Below are positions 47,647 to 58,035 of a DNA stretch of 64,000 bases, in pieces (the stretch's first letter is position 1; every line of letters begins with the position of its first letter). This stretch comes from Oopsacas minuta (lineage: Eukaryota; Animalia; Porifera). The position numbers and the translations under genes are program-made. The notes under the pieces were generated by a model, which made no database searches, was not told the DNA's origin, and saw only the letters and a list, made by a program, of their open reading frames with translations. The DNA lies in assembly GCA_024704765.1 (NCBI GenBank), contig JAKMXF010000001.1:29493-93492 (forward strand), written 5' to 3'.

Positions 47647-47993
47647 TTCAATCTGATTATTCAAATATCAATTGTTAATTGTTTGATATGAAATTGTTTT
47701 CTAATCAAATACAATATTCGTGAAGACGATACCCCTATCGCTTATTCACTCTAGAAATTAAGCTTATTTACAATTTGTGTATTGCTATGTCAGAGCAATA
47801 AGGTAGTTTTACATTATTTATCCTAAACACATAATTGATGAATATTTTAATAAACCAAATGCCATTGATCTGTAATTACTTTCATTGGTCATTGATTTGT
47901 GGCCACTTAACTGAGAATATCGTGCTATTATTTTCGTGATTTACAAAAATATTCAAAAATTGTCAGATCTACTGTATATCAATTCAGTATTAG

Positions 47994-49774
47994 ATGTTTG
48001 GAAGGAAAGCAAATCCTACCCCTCCTAAGTCAATCACACATCAACGACACAATACTTCAGTAACCTCTCATCAGACAAAACCTGAAACTTACGGTGGTAG
48101 TGAGTCTAGAAGCAGTAAGACAGCTAATAGAGACTTGTTTAATGAAGATAAAAGCTCACCCACTAAGAAGATGTATACACCACAAAAAGAGATAAAAGAT
48201 AAAGATATTCAACCTCTCAAACAGAAACGTAAAGATTCTCACGACTCTACAACTCCACGACATAATGACGCCAATAGAAACAGTATACGTACACCAAAAT
48301 TGGATGCTAATACCAATCCACCTTGTGCAACCGATACCAGGGATACGGATAAAGTCAAATCTAGGTTCAGTTTAAGATCTCACTCGTATTCTAAAGATTC
48401 TGGTAAAATTAACTCTGTTCCTAAGCATATTTTTGACACAAACGTAAGTACAAAACTAAGTGATTTGGAAGATAGCAAGTCACATCCTTTTACCTCAGTA
48501 TCTACTGCTACAGCTTCTAAATCTACTGATAAACAGGCCAGAATATATCCAAACCAAACTTACATATTGGATCGATTCACTACAAATACATCACAGCTTA
48601 CAATAGACAAATCACCTCAATCAAGCATTAATCCAGCTTTGAACACTCTACCGGCTGGAAGTCAGACTGGAATATCTGCGCTGACCCACCTGTTGAAAGA
48701 TCTATCAGTTTCATTACAAATAATAAATCAAGTACTATAGTACTAAATGCACAGAAACCTAATCGCGGCCTTAAGAATCTAGGCAACACCTGTTTCATGA
48801 ACTGTATTCTACAGTGTCTCAGCCACACGCTCCTACTCAAACAATTCTTCGTTTCAGACGATTATAAGAAAGATCTTGCTGGTCGTAAGGGAAATCTTTC
48901 TTATGCGTTTAAATGTGTAATGACAGAACTATGGATCTCCAGCAAAGACCCGTACCCTCCATATGATCTGAAGAAACAAGTGGGAATTGTAGCGCCTAGA
49001 TTCTCCGGATACAGTCAGCAAGATGCTCAAGAGTTCATGCGTTTCCTGCTTAACGAAATTCATGACGAGATTAATAAGGCAGAATTGAAGAAACGTCAGG
49101 CGCCAAAGAAGAACGAGTCTCTGAAAGAAGCTTTTGATAGATACCTGACCTGGGAGAACAGTAAGATATCTGACTTGTTTAGTGGAATGCTACGTAGAGA
49201 GGTTTGCTGTTCTGCCTGTAAGAGTAAATCTATCGTATACGATCCTTTCATGGATCTTGCCCTCCCTATCCCGAAAATCAAAAACGTATCCCAATCGTTT
49301 ACTTCTTACTCAATATCTTACGATAATACTACTACAGATTGTGCTGTCAAACTAAATGATTGTCTCCAGCTGTTCACACACGAGGAAACTCTAGATGATG
49401 AAGAGAGACCTTACTGCAATAAATGTAAGACAATGACAAAATCTACCAAACAGTTAGGTATAGAAAGGCTACCTAGCTTCCTTGTTATTCAGCTGAAGCG
49501 ATTTTCTGGTTACAGTATACGCAGCAAGCTATCAACACCTGTAGAGTTTGAAGAGAATTGGGAGATACAAGATTACAATAATAACACTCATTCCTACTCT
49601 CTCTACGGTATTGCTTGTCATTCTGGTGGAATATATGGTGGTCACTACACTGCATATTGCAAGTATGACAAACAATGGCGCTATTTTAATGATCATTATA
49701 CTATGCTATCTAGCTGGGAACATGTCAAACGTCAAGAGGCTTATATACTATTCTACGAAAAGAATACTCAATGA
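47994..49774 (+). CDS. Ubiquitin-specific protease, USP2/USP21-like, probably 2 exons
   Basis: S/T/K-rich N-terminus (47994 frame). Cys box GLKNLGNTCFMNCILQCL lies just upstream of track ORF 48797; QQDAQEF, QLKRF and His box HSGGIYGGHYTAY follow. Candidate intron 48708-48754 joins the frames. Confidence 0.88.
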
Positions 49775-50125
49775 ACTTCTTCCCGTCACTTACTCTAACT
49801 AAGTGACTATGCTAGGCTTTTACCTCATGCACTGTTTCTTACTATTTCTCATGCGTACCCTAAATATATCGAATATATATGTTATCAACTCACTTATTAC
49901 ATTTGATTTTTACCTTGTTTCCCTCTTATGTAACAATATATATGTACGTGTATGTCCACTACTTTTCAATTATACAACACTGAATTGAAATACTGATTCC
50001 TATTGCGATATTTATTATGTACCAGTTGTCCCTGTATTCAAGTATTTGTATTCGAACTACTACTTCAATACATTATATTCCTAAGTAAATAATTTGTTTA
50101 TTCCCCAGGGTTCTAATAGTATCTG

Positions 50126-50728
50126 ATGAATTATTTCCAAAGTATCCCTAATCATTTCCCAGATATAGAAGAAGGCGGTTGGATCCCTACTGATCACTTC
50201 CTGACTGCTTGTAACACATTCATAACATTCACTGATCTGTTAGGCCCTGTTCTGTCACGTGCTAAGGATTCTGTCACTGTGAATATCAATATACTACGCA
50301 AGCGTTATGATCGCGACAACACAAAGTACATGTATTTACATGAACTTATTCTCGATGAAGATTCAGAACCAGACCCTGCTATATACATATCTCTAATCTG
50401 GTTGAAGCGAGCTATAGAATTTATTTACATATTCCTCAAACAACTCACAACATCTACTCACACATCTCTCCCACAAGATGCATATCATGCTTACCAGATA
50501 TCTCTGAAACCTTACCATGGATTCATTATACGTAGTTTGGTATATATGTTGATTAATATTGCGCCTAGCAAAGACAATCTTATCAACACTTTAGTACAAG
50601 GATCACTGGGAGGTAGGGAACAATTGTTTTTGGATATAAATGAGTATATAAAGCCAATGGCTACTAATTTAAGAGCTGTTGATAAGCTTCTGGATGATAA
50701 CCAACTTGTGGATAATACTGTTGTTTGA
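50126..50728 (+). CDS. Glycolipid transfer protein (GLTP) family
   Basis: IPTDHFLTAC...LGP...NI..LR...LIWLKRAIEF...AY..SLKPYHG. Confidence 0.85.
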   Translation: MNYFQSIPNHFPDIEEGGWIPTDHFLTACNTFITFTDLLGPVLSRAKDSVTVNINILRKRYDRDNTKYMYLHELILDEDSEPDPAIYISLIWLKRAIEFIYIFLKQLTTSTHTSLPQDAYHAYQISLKPYHGFIIRSLVYMLINIAPSKDNLINTLVQGSLGGREQLFLDINEYIKPMATNLRAVDKLLDDNQLVDNTVV

Positions 50729-51246
50729 ATTTCAGATTACATAGCACTAGGGGTTCATTATTGCATTGTTTAGGTTCATTTTGTTGTACAGGATTTTTTC
50801 ATATATTTGATATTATGACTGAGTCTATCCAGTTTATATAAACCTACGGGCTAGATTGGGTGCAAAGACGTTTATTCAAATCTCTAGCGCCTTTTTGAAT
50901 TTTACTATATATGGTGTGAAAATATGATTAATCACTAAAATGTATGGAATCTAACAAAAACTGACAAAAATCAATCTAGTGGCAATTTTACTATTTATCA
51001 AACTGCTAGTTTCGCAGGAATATACGGACAGAGTCCGTCCATCCCGCATCGTCCTTGGCGTAAGCCGTAAGGACATCTCCCTATAGCAACTAAACTAAAA
51101 ATATATTTGCAAACAATCACTAAATTGCGTGAAATTGCATATCACTATGATTATAGAAAGTATCTTACATAATTACAATTTGATCTGCCACTTCATCACC
51201 CAACACCTGCGAGCCACTGTAAGCCACGCAAGTGACGCAACTATTC

Positions 51247-52110
51247 ATGAGTAGTCCTGAAATTTCTTTCACTCACCTCGTTACTATGGAAACAGATCCT
51301 CAGCGTCCATTATTTTATCCATTCCCTTCACTCTCCATGGAATCTCATAAACTTAGAGCTCTGATGATTACAGTTGATTATGTAAGAGAGCTTGTATTTC
51401 TTTATGATGAAGACAGACAGATACACACTTTCAATAAACAGCTGCAACACCTGAATCAATTCAAACTGAATTTCCATGTAGAATCTATTACAACAGCTCC
51501 TGACTCAAACCTCATATTTCTCAAACAATCACTTTGTAAAGAAACATTTATACAGGTGGTTGATATGTTTAGCGGATCGCTGGTTACCAGTTGGAAGTTA
51601 TCAAGTTGTCACATGGGAATAACATGTGATTCTTCTGGCAACCTGTATACCTGTGATTATCTTAATTCTCGCATCAAAATATTCGATATGTTTGAGCCTG
51701 TGTCTACATCATTCACTCTTTCTCCAATGAATTTCCAATTAACTCCATACACTGTAAAGTTAGCTCCTGACAAATTCTCGATATTAGTTCAGAATTTAGA
51801 ACCTGCCTTCTTCTTTCAGGTGTACGATCTGTGTGGAAATCTTTTGAAAACTTTCTCTAACAATAAGGAGAATTACGTAAGAGATTCCTTCACTACTGCT
51901 AACATGAATTGTGCCATAGTTTGTATACACCATGAATTGCATTTCTTGGATCAGCAAAGTGATACAATGATTACACTAGGAGGCTTTGGTAGGACAATTG
52001 GTAGCTTTATCCGTCCATTTGCTATAGCATTTCTACCTCCTGACCTGTTTATCATCTGTAATGAATCTGTCTCTTACCCTATCCAGTGTCTTAACTTTCA
52101 ACCATTTTGA
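51247..52110 (+). CDS. NHL-like beta-propeller protein
   Basis: GITCDSSGNLYTCDYLNSRIKIFD and GGFGRTIGSFIRPFAIAF; first ATG at 51247. Confidence 0.7.
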   Translation: MSSPEISFTHLVTMETDPQRPLFYPFPSLSMESHKLRALMITVDYVRELVFLYDEDRQIHTFNKQLQHLNQFKLNFHVESITTAPDSNLIFLKQSLCKETFIQVVDMFSGSLVTSWKLSSCHMGITCDSSGNLYTCDYLNSRIKIFDMFEPVSTSFTLSPMNFQLTPYTVKLAPDKFSILVQNLEPAFFFQVYDLCGNLLKTFSNNKENYVRDSFTTANMNCAIVCIHHELHFLDQQSDTMITLGGFGRTIGSFIRPFAIAFLPPDLFIICNESVSYPIQCLNFQPF

Positions 52111-52122
52111 TTTTCTATTAGC

Positions 52123-53379
52123 ATGTACTCTTTGTGTTCAAAGTTGCTAACGAGTTTTAATCCTACACACTGTTTGATACGTTGGAAGCATTATGATGTG
52201 ACTATTGTGGGAGGAGGAATAATGGGGATGAGCTCTGCTTTCTTTCTCTCCAAGCGAGTACCCTCTTCGAGTATTTGTGTGTTAGAGCGTGACCGCACAT
52301 ACTCAATGGCCTCTACACCTAGGTCAGTAGGCTCCATCAGACAGCAATTCAGTCTGAGAGAGAACATACAACTCTCTTCTTACTCATTCGATTTTCTTCA
52401 GAATATCAATTCTCAATTGAGAGTAGATGACCCTATAGATATCGGCTTCACGTCAGGAGGGTACTGCTTCCTTGCCACAGAAAGAATGCGGGACAATCTA
52501 TTAGAAAATAATAAAATTCAGTTAGAGAACGGAGCTGAGGTTGAACTCATTGAAGCTTGTGACTTGAAGCAGCGTTTTCCTTGGATTAACCCTGAAGGAG
52601 TGAGTTTAGCTTCTCTTGGCAGAGGGAGAGAGGGATGGTTCGATCCTTGGTTACTTCTCAATGCATTCAAGATTAAAATACACAGTTTAGATATCGATGT
52701 TATTAATGGTGATGTCATTAAAATTGATATGAGTCGAGGGAAAATTTCTGGTTTGACATTTGTAGACTCGAATGGAAGCAAATCTGAAATAACTTGTTCT
52801 CACTTGATCATTGCAGCTGGCGCATGGTCTGATTCTGTTATTAAGATGGTTAATCCAGAGTTTGGCTTACCTATCCGCCCCAGAAAACGAATGGTGTTTG
52901 TATACAAATGCAAAGATTTCCATGACACAACATTTCCTATGCTAATCGATAGCTCAGGTGTATATACCAGGAGAGAGGGAACACATGATACTTTTATTTG
53001 TGGCAAGAGCCCCGATACAGACAAAGATACAGACACGCTAGATCTAGAGGTAGAATATGAATTTTTTGATAAAGAGATATGGCCTGCTCTTGCTCACAGA
53101 GTCCCTGCCTTTGAGGCTATTAAGGTTGTGAGTGGGTGGGCAGGTACATACGAATACAACACTTTAGATCAGAATGGCATCATGGGTATACATGATAAAG
53201 TTAATAATCTATATTTAGTGGGTGGATTCAGTGGTCATGGGATACAGCAGAGTCCTGCAGTAGGACGAGTAATGAGTGAGCTTGTATTGGATGGAGAGAC
53301 ACATTCTATAGATTTGAAGAGGATGGGATATGAGAGGGTTAGAGACAGGAACCCCCTCAAAGAGAGGAATATTATATAG
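52123..53379 (+). CDS. FOXRED1: FAD-dependent oxidoreductase domain-containing protein 1 (complex I assembly factor)
   Basis: GGGIMG FAD motif, RSVGSIRQQFS, EGWFDPW, WPALAHRVPAFE, GFSGHGIQQSPAVG, ends ERNII. Confidence 0.93.
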   Translation: MYSLCSKLLTSFNPTHCLIRWKHYDVTIVGGGIMGMSSAFFLSKRVPSSSICVLERDRTYSMASTPRSVGSIRQQFSLRENIQLSSYSFDFLQNINSQLRVDDPIDIGFTSGGYCFLATERMRDNLLENNKIQLENGAEVELIEACDLKQRFPWINPEGVSLASLGRGREGWFDPWLLLNAFKIKIHSLDIDVINGDVIKIDMSRGKISGLTFVDSNGSKSEITCSHLIIAAGAWSDSVIKMVNPEFGLPIRPRKRMVFVYKCKDFHDTTFPMLIDSSGVYTRREGTHDTFICGKSPDTDKDTDTLDLEVEYEFFDKEIWPALAHRVPAFEAIKVVSGWAGTYEYNTLDQNGIMGIHDKVNNLYLVGGFSGHGIQQSPAVGRVMSELVLDGETHSIDLKRMGYERVRDRNPLKERNII

Positions 53380-53451
53380 CAATGTTATTATATCCTCATT
53401 GAATATATTATACTATTTGTATACCTGATATTGTATCTGTTAAACATTGCT

Positions 53452-53452
<1 letters not shown>

Positions 53453-53500
<48 letters not shown>
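53453..53500. repeat. (TTA)n microsatellite
   Basis: About 15 TTA units. Confidence 0.95.
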
Positions 53501-53501
<1 letters not shown>

Positions 53502-53845
53502 CCTTGATTAGTGAACAATTGGGCATATTCCTCTTTGAAATTACATCATCTCACAATTAGTAGAGTGATATATAGCCAGTAATATGAGTGGTAAGATTGA
53601 TCCTGATGCTTTCAATGAGAGAACTAGGACAATGCCCAGACCTCTATGCGATGGTCAAATCATCGTATCTGAAAATGATAAGGGTGAAATAATAGAGCAG
53701 AGAATTACAATGCTAAGGGTATAGCTGTAGAGCTGTCCAGCAAAACCAATACAGCCCAGGCCATCTGTGGTGGGAATTTACGGACTCTTGCATCTCTGCT
53801 GTACTTACATTTTTAACAAGCTATTATATTGGGTAATTAGATAGA

Positions 53846-55360
53846 ATGCGGGAAATTTTACAAGAGAATTTTCACTCTATTCTCTATTACATTTTGCTAC
53901 CAATTTGCCTAACACTAATCGCATTAAGAATAAACTCTGTTTTGAAGAGAAGATCATTATTCAATAAGTTACCAGGACCTAAGCTACACCCCCTCTGGGG
54001 TACCATGAAATTATTCGGACCTAAAGAAGTTGGACTAAGTAAATTCGAAAATTATCTCAAAGAACATATAGATGATAAAATCATAAGATTGAGAATTGGA
54101 CCCTTTCGATATCTTATAAGAGTTTTGGACCCAGAATTAGCCGGCAGGGTACTCTCAATGGGACCGGAACTAACTCCTAAATCTCCCAACAGTTATCGCA
54201 TGCTAACTGAATTCTTAGGTTTTGGTCTACTGGTTATAAATTACAAGAAATGGTTCTCTCGCAGACGACTGCTAACTCCAGCATTCCATTTAGGTATAAT
54301 TGAATCATACATGTCTACCTATAATGACACGACAGATGTGTTACTGAATAAATGGAGATCACAAGTAGGGAGTGACACTGCTATTGTTGATGTATTTCAA
54401 GATTCTACTCTCTACACCTTGGATGTTATACTACAATGTGCCTGTTCCTATAAATCTAATTGTCAGTTAGACGTAACTAGTGAAGTGAATGAGTACATTT
54501 CAGCAATTTTTGATTCATCAAAATTGACGATAGAACGAATAAGTTATCTGCCGAACTTGCTTCCATTATATTTCCGCTTGTCTCCTAGTGGATTTAAATG
54601 GCGTAAAGTATGTAACAGAATCAAACAGGAATCTCTTAAAGTAGTGCAAGCAAGAAGAAAGGCTATTGTATCAGGAGAGAAAGTTGTCAAGATCAGACCT
54701 GACTTTATCGATATCCTACTGACGTCACCTGATTCTTCTGGAAATACTCTCTCTGACAGTGATATAATGAGTGAGATGAGCACGTTTCTATTTGAGGGAC
54801 ATGACACTACTGCATCTGGAGTAGCATGGGCTCTGTACATGTTAGGAAAACATCCAGATATTCAGAGTCAGTGTAGAGAGGAAATACAATCTGTTTTAGG
54901 GGGGAGAGAACGAATAGAATGGGATGATTTAGATTCCCTTAAATTCACATCTATGTGTATCAAAGAATCCATGCGATTATTCCCACCCGTTCCCTCTATT
55001 ACTCGTGTTGTCAACGAAGATTTGGTAGTTGATGATTACATAATTCCCAAAGGTACACCTGTCAACATCCCTATTATACTGCTACACCGTCATCCTAAGT
55101 ACTGGGAGAATCCAGACAAGTATGATCCTACCAGATTCTACTCCCAGAAACCAGGAGGCAGTAATTTCTCATACATTCCTTTCTCAGCTGGTCACCGTAA
55201 CTGTATCGGACAGAAATTTGCATTAACAGAAGAATTGATTGTAGTAGCTCGTATTATTCACAGTTTTGAGCTGGAATCTGTTCCTCAAGATATCAAGCGA
55301 TTATCGCAACTGATTTTGAAATCGGAAAATAAGCTTAAAGTAAAGATACGGACTATTTAA
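53846..55360 (+). CDS. Cytochrome P450, clan 4 (copy B, inverted relative to copy A)
   Basis: Same P450 motifs as copy A, with long identical tracts. Confidence 0.95.
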   Translation: MREILQENFHSILYYILLPICLTLIALRINSVLKRRSLFNKLPGPKLHPLWGTMKLFGPKEVGLSKFENYLKEHIDDKIIRLRIGPFRYLIRVLDPELAGRVLSMGPELTPKSPNSYRMLTEFLGFGLLVINYKKWFSRRRLLTPAFHLGIIESYMSTYNDTTDVLLNKWRSQVGSDTAIVDVFQDSTLYTLDVILQCACSYKSNCQLDVTSEVNEYISAIFDSSKLTIERISYLPNLLPLYFRLSPSGFKWRKVCNRIKQESLKVVQARRKAIVSGEKVVKIRPDFIDILLTSPDSSGNTLSDSDIMSEMSTFLFEGHDTTASGVAWALYMLGKHPDIQSQCREEIQSVLGGRERIEWDDLDSLKFTSMCIKESMRLFPPVPSITRVVNEDLVVDDYIIPKGTPVNIPIILLHRHPKYWENPDKYDPTRFYSQKPGGSNFSYIPFSAGHRNCIGQKFALTEELIVVARIIHSFELESVPQDIKRLSQLILKSENKLKVKIRTI

Positions 55361-55852
55361 GCTTCTATTCATCTGGGACACTATTATATGTGTACTACTA
55401 TATAGATTGATTTGTTAGAACTGTAGCATACATTTTTGAGTTTTTATATGAGAATTCTCATACCCACTGCTGGTTAGATACTAGAGATATACCCTATTCA
55501 AATAATCGCCCCCCTTTTGGGGGGGTTTGAAATTAATAAACGCCTACCCCGAATAATCTCCCCGGCTACTATTCGAATAAGTACGTTATGTTGGATAAAT
55601 ATAGTATATGCTTTATACATAATAAAGGTGGAGAATTCAAAGTTATATACAGTAGACTCCGCTCAATAGAGCCACCGGATAATCGGGTTACCTGGCCGGA
55701 AACAGTACCATACAAATAGTGTTAAATTACTCTGGTTAACTAAGCCACATAGTTCAGCATTTGGTTTTCATAGCACACTTTTCCTTGCTTTTAATGAATG
55801 TAATTGCTGTATTCATCCTTAAATAAATAATAATAATAATAATAATAATATC

Positions 55853-56509
55853 CTATGTCTCTTTATCAATAAGTGTTCCTTTCTTTTTCTTGATACCAGA
55901 TTTCTCCTCTATAGCCAGTACCTCAGCAGCTCTCTTCCTAGTGATAGAGTCTGTCTTTACTAATTGTCTCTGAACCAGTCTAGCATTTGTAGCAAAGGAA
56001 TTCTCATATTCTCTCTGCTCCAACTCTTGCTCATCTTCATCTATAGTAGATACAGTAACTGAGCTGTATTTGCCATATTCTTTTAACATTTTTGTAACCA
56101 TCACTTTCTTAGGAGCTGGTTCTTTCTTAGTCACTTTAGCGCCATCTTCGCGGTTTTTAACAAGAGATCCTTTGAAAATGAAGAGTGCTCGTGTGTCGTT
56201 ATCAGAGTGGTTGTAGTAGAGAGGGAGGTGACATTTACCACATTTGTGTCTGAGCTGTCGTTCTACTCCCTCCTCTCTCCTAATGTATACAACATCTCCA
56301 GGCTGTGACATTGATTTAAAAGCACGCTGAGATTTATCTATAACTCTAGCTCCATCTCTCCTACGACAGGGCAGTTTATCAATCACTGAGTCTATGATTA
56401 GCGCCATTTCTCCACATAGACAGTAGTATACATGGAGAGGAGAGTCTTCATACTCCTGCTTGCCTTTAGTATCAGAGCAAGCAACACTGTTAGATATAAC
56501 CTTTGGCAT
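55853..56509 (-). CDS. STEEP1: STING ER exit protein 1 (CXorf56/UPF0428)
   Basis: MPKVISNSVACSD...PLHVYYCLCG...LPCRRRDGARVID...EGVERQLR.KC.KC.LPLYY. Confidence 0.92.
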   Translation of the reverse strand: MPKVISNSVACSDTKGKQEYEDSPLHVYYCLCGEMALIIDSVIDKLPCRRRDGARVIDKSQRAFKSMSQPGDVVYIRREEGVERQLRHKCGKCHLPLYYNHSDNDTRALFIFKGSLVKNREDGAKVTKKEPAPKKVMVTKMLKEYGKYSSVTVSTIDEDEQELEQREYENSFATNARLVQRQLVKTDSITRKRAAEVLAIEEKSGIKKKKGTLIDKET

Positions 56510-56832
56510 TATGCTAATACACATACATAATATTTAATTATTCTTAATCAATGTATTACCTCGAATAAACTTCACTTTGATGGATCTTAAATTTCTTACA
56601 GCGAAAATACGTAATCTCTTCCCAGAATACGATACATCTACAGTTACTGAGGGCAAATCACCGAGATAAGTATATACAATAGAACTAAGATAAGACTTAC
56701 TACACGTTTTTCAGAAATTACAATATTACTAGGAGATTAAGTTACCAATAAGAGAGGCTAAGAATGAATAAACGTCTCGTCTACTATTGGAGGTAACACA
56801 TTACTATATATTGAATACATCAGGAAGGTTAA

Positions 56833-57729
56833 TTACTGTGTAGTGAGAGAACAGAGAGAATCAGAGAAGAAATCAGGTATGAGGTTATCAGGGAGATCTT
56901 TATATCCAGCTAGGAACTCAGCTCTCTTTGTAACTCCGGTCAGAATTAATAAACTCTTCAATCCTGCCCTCTTAGCGAATAGGATATCACTGTTCAAGTT
57001 ATCTCCTATCATAACAGCTCTGCTACGTTCAAACGGAAACTCAGACTCAATACAATTAATAAATGGCAAATATGGCTTTCCTATGACTGTAGCAGTACGA
57101 CCTGTACTGTAATTAATGGCTTGTATAAAGCTCCCAGTAGCACCTGGTATTATGGTACCATTCCCTACAGGAATAACTCTATCCTCACTAGTACCTATGT
57201 AATGACAGGCAGGATTCTTGAGATAGAAAAATGCTTTGACTAACTTTTTGTAACTAAAGTGATAATCAGTAGCTACCACTACAGCTTGTACTTCTGGGTC
57301 TATATGTATATTTTCTATTTCTCCGGGCTCTCCTGTCATTGTATCAGGTCCTATGTCCAGGCAGGTGAATCCTGCGTTCTCAATCTCCGTCTTCATACCA
57401 GCCTCTCCCATTAAATATACTTTTCCAGTTAGTTTCAGTACATGTTTGAGGTAGTGAGCTGTTGCATAAGAACTCGTATACACATTCTCAATAGCTATGT
57501 TAGTGAACCCAAGCTTAGAGAATTTGTAAAATGTATCAATTCTGGATTGTGTGTTCTTATTTGTAACGAAGTATATCTGCTTACCAAGCTTTTGGAGACA
57601 ACATATAGCTTCTATAGCACCTGGGAGAGGAGTCACACTCTGCCAGACAACTCCGTCACAGTCAAACAGGTATGTATCTGTTGAGTGCAGAAGTTCCTGC
57701 CATTCAGAACTACACCTAAGTTCATTCAT
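56833..57729 (-). CDS. PGP: HAD class IIA phosphatase (phosphoglycolate/pyridoxal phosphatase-like)
   Basis: FDCDGVVW, FVTN, GKP, MIGDNLNSDILF. PGP versus PDXP is not resolvable by eye. Confidence 0.85.
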   Translation of the reverse strand: MNELRCSSEWQELLHSTDTYLFDCDGVVWQSVTPLPGAIEAICCLQKLGKQIYFVTNKNTQSRIDTFYKFSKLGFTNIAIENVYTSSYATAHYLKHVLKLTGKVYLMGEAGMKTEIENAGFTCLDIGPDTMTGEPGEIENIHIDPEVQAVVVATDYHFSYKKLVKAFFYLKNPACHYIGTSEDRVIPVGNGTIIPGATGSFIQAINYSTGRTATVIGKPYLPFINCIESEFPFERSRAVMIGDNLNSDILFAKRAGLKSLLILTGVTKRAEFLAGYKDLPDNLIPDFFSDSLCSLTTQ

Positions 57730-57911
57730 TACTTATTACAAACATGGTAGAGATTGGATATTTGACATACTCATATAATTGTGACTTAGATATGTCATCA
57801 TCCTTGGATATCTTATACGAAATCTATTGGATATACGCGTAGTGATATCTCATAGCCATGGGTATTAGGATTAAAGTGATAATTTGGTCAAAAATTTCTC
57901 ACACCTTAAGG

Positions 57912-58035
57912 CATTGGTTTTCAACCTTTTTTCTTCCGCGGACCTCTTTGGGCCATTTTATGGGGTCCGCGGACCCCTGCCAATGAACATAACGAAAACA
58001 TTTTAAGGCCGCGGACCCCAGGTTGAGAACCACTG
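57912..58035. mobile_element. hAT (Charlie-like) MITE, 124 bp
   Basis: TIR CATTGGTTTTCAACC / GGTTGAGAACCACTG; perfect 8-bp TSD CCTTAAGG (57904-57911 and 58036-58043). Confidence 0.92.

Noticed and set aside
45100-54840. Twin 98-aa ORFs at 45100-45396 and 54544-54840
   Set aside because: Antisense shadows of the CYP4 genes.
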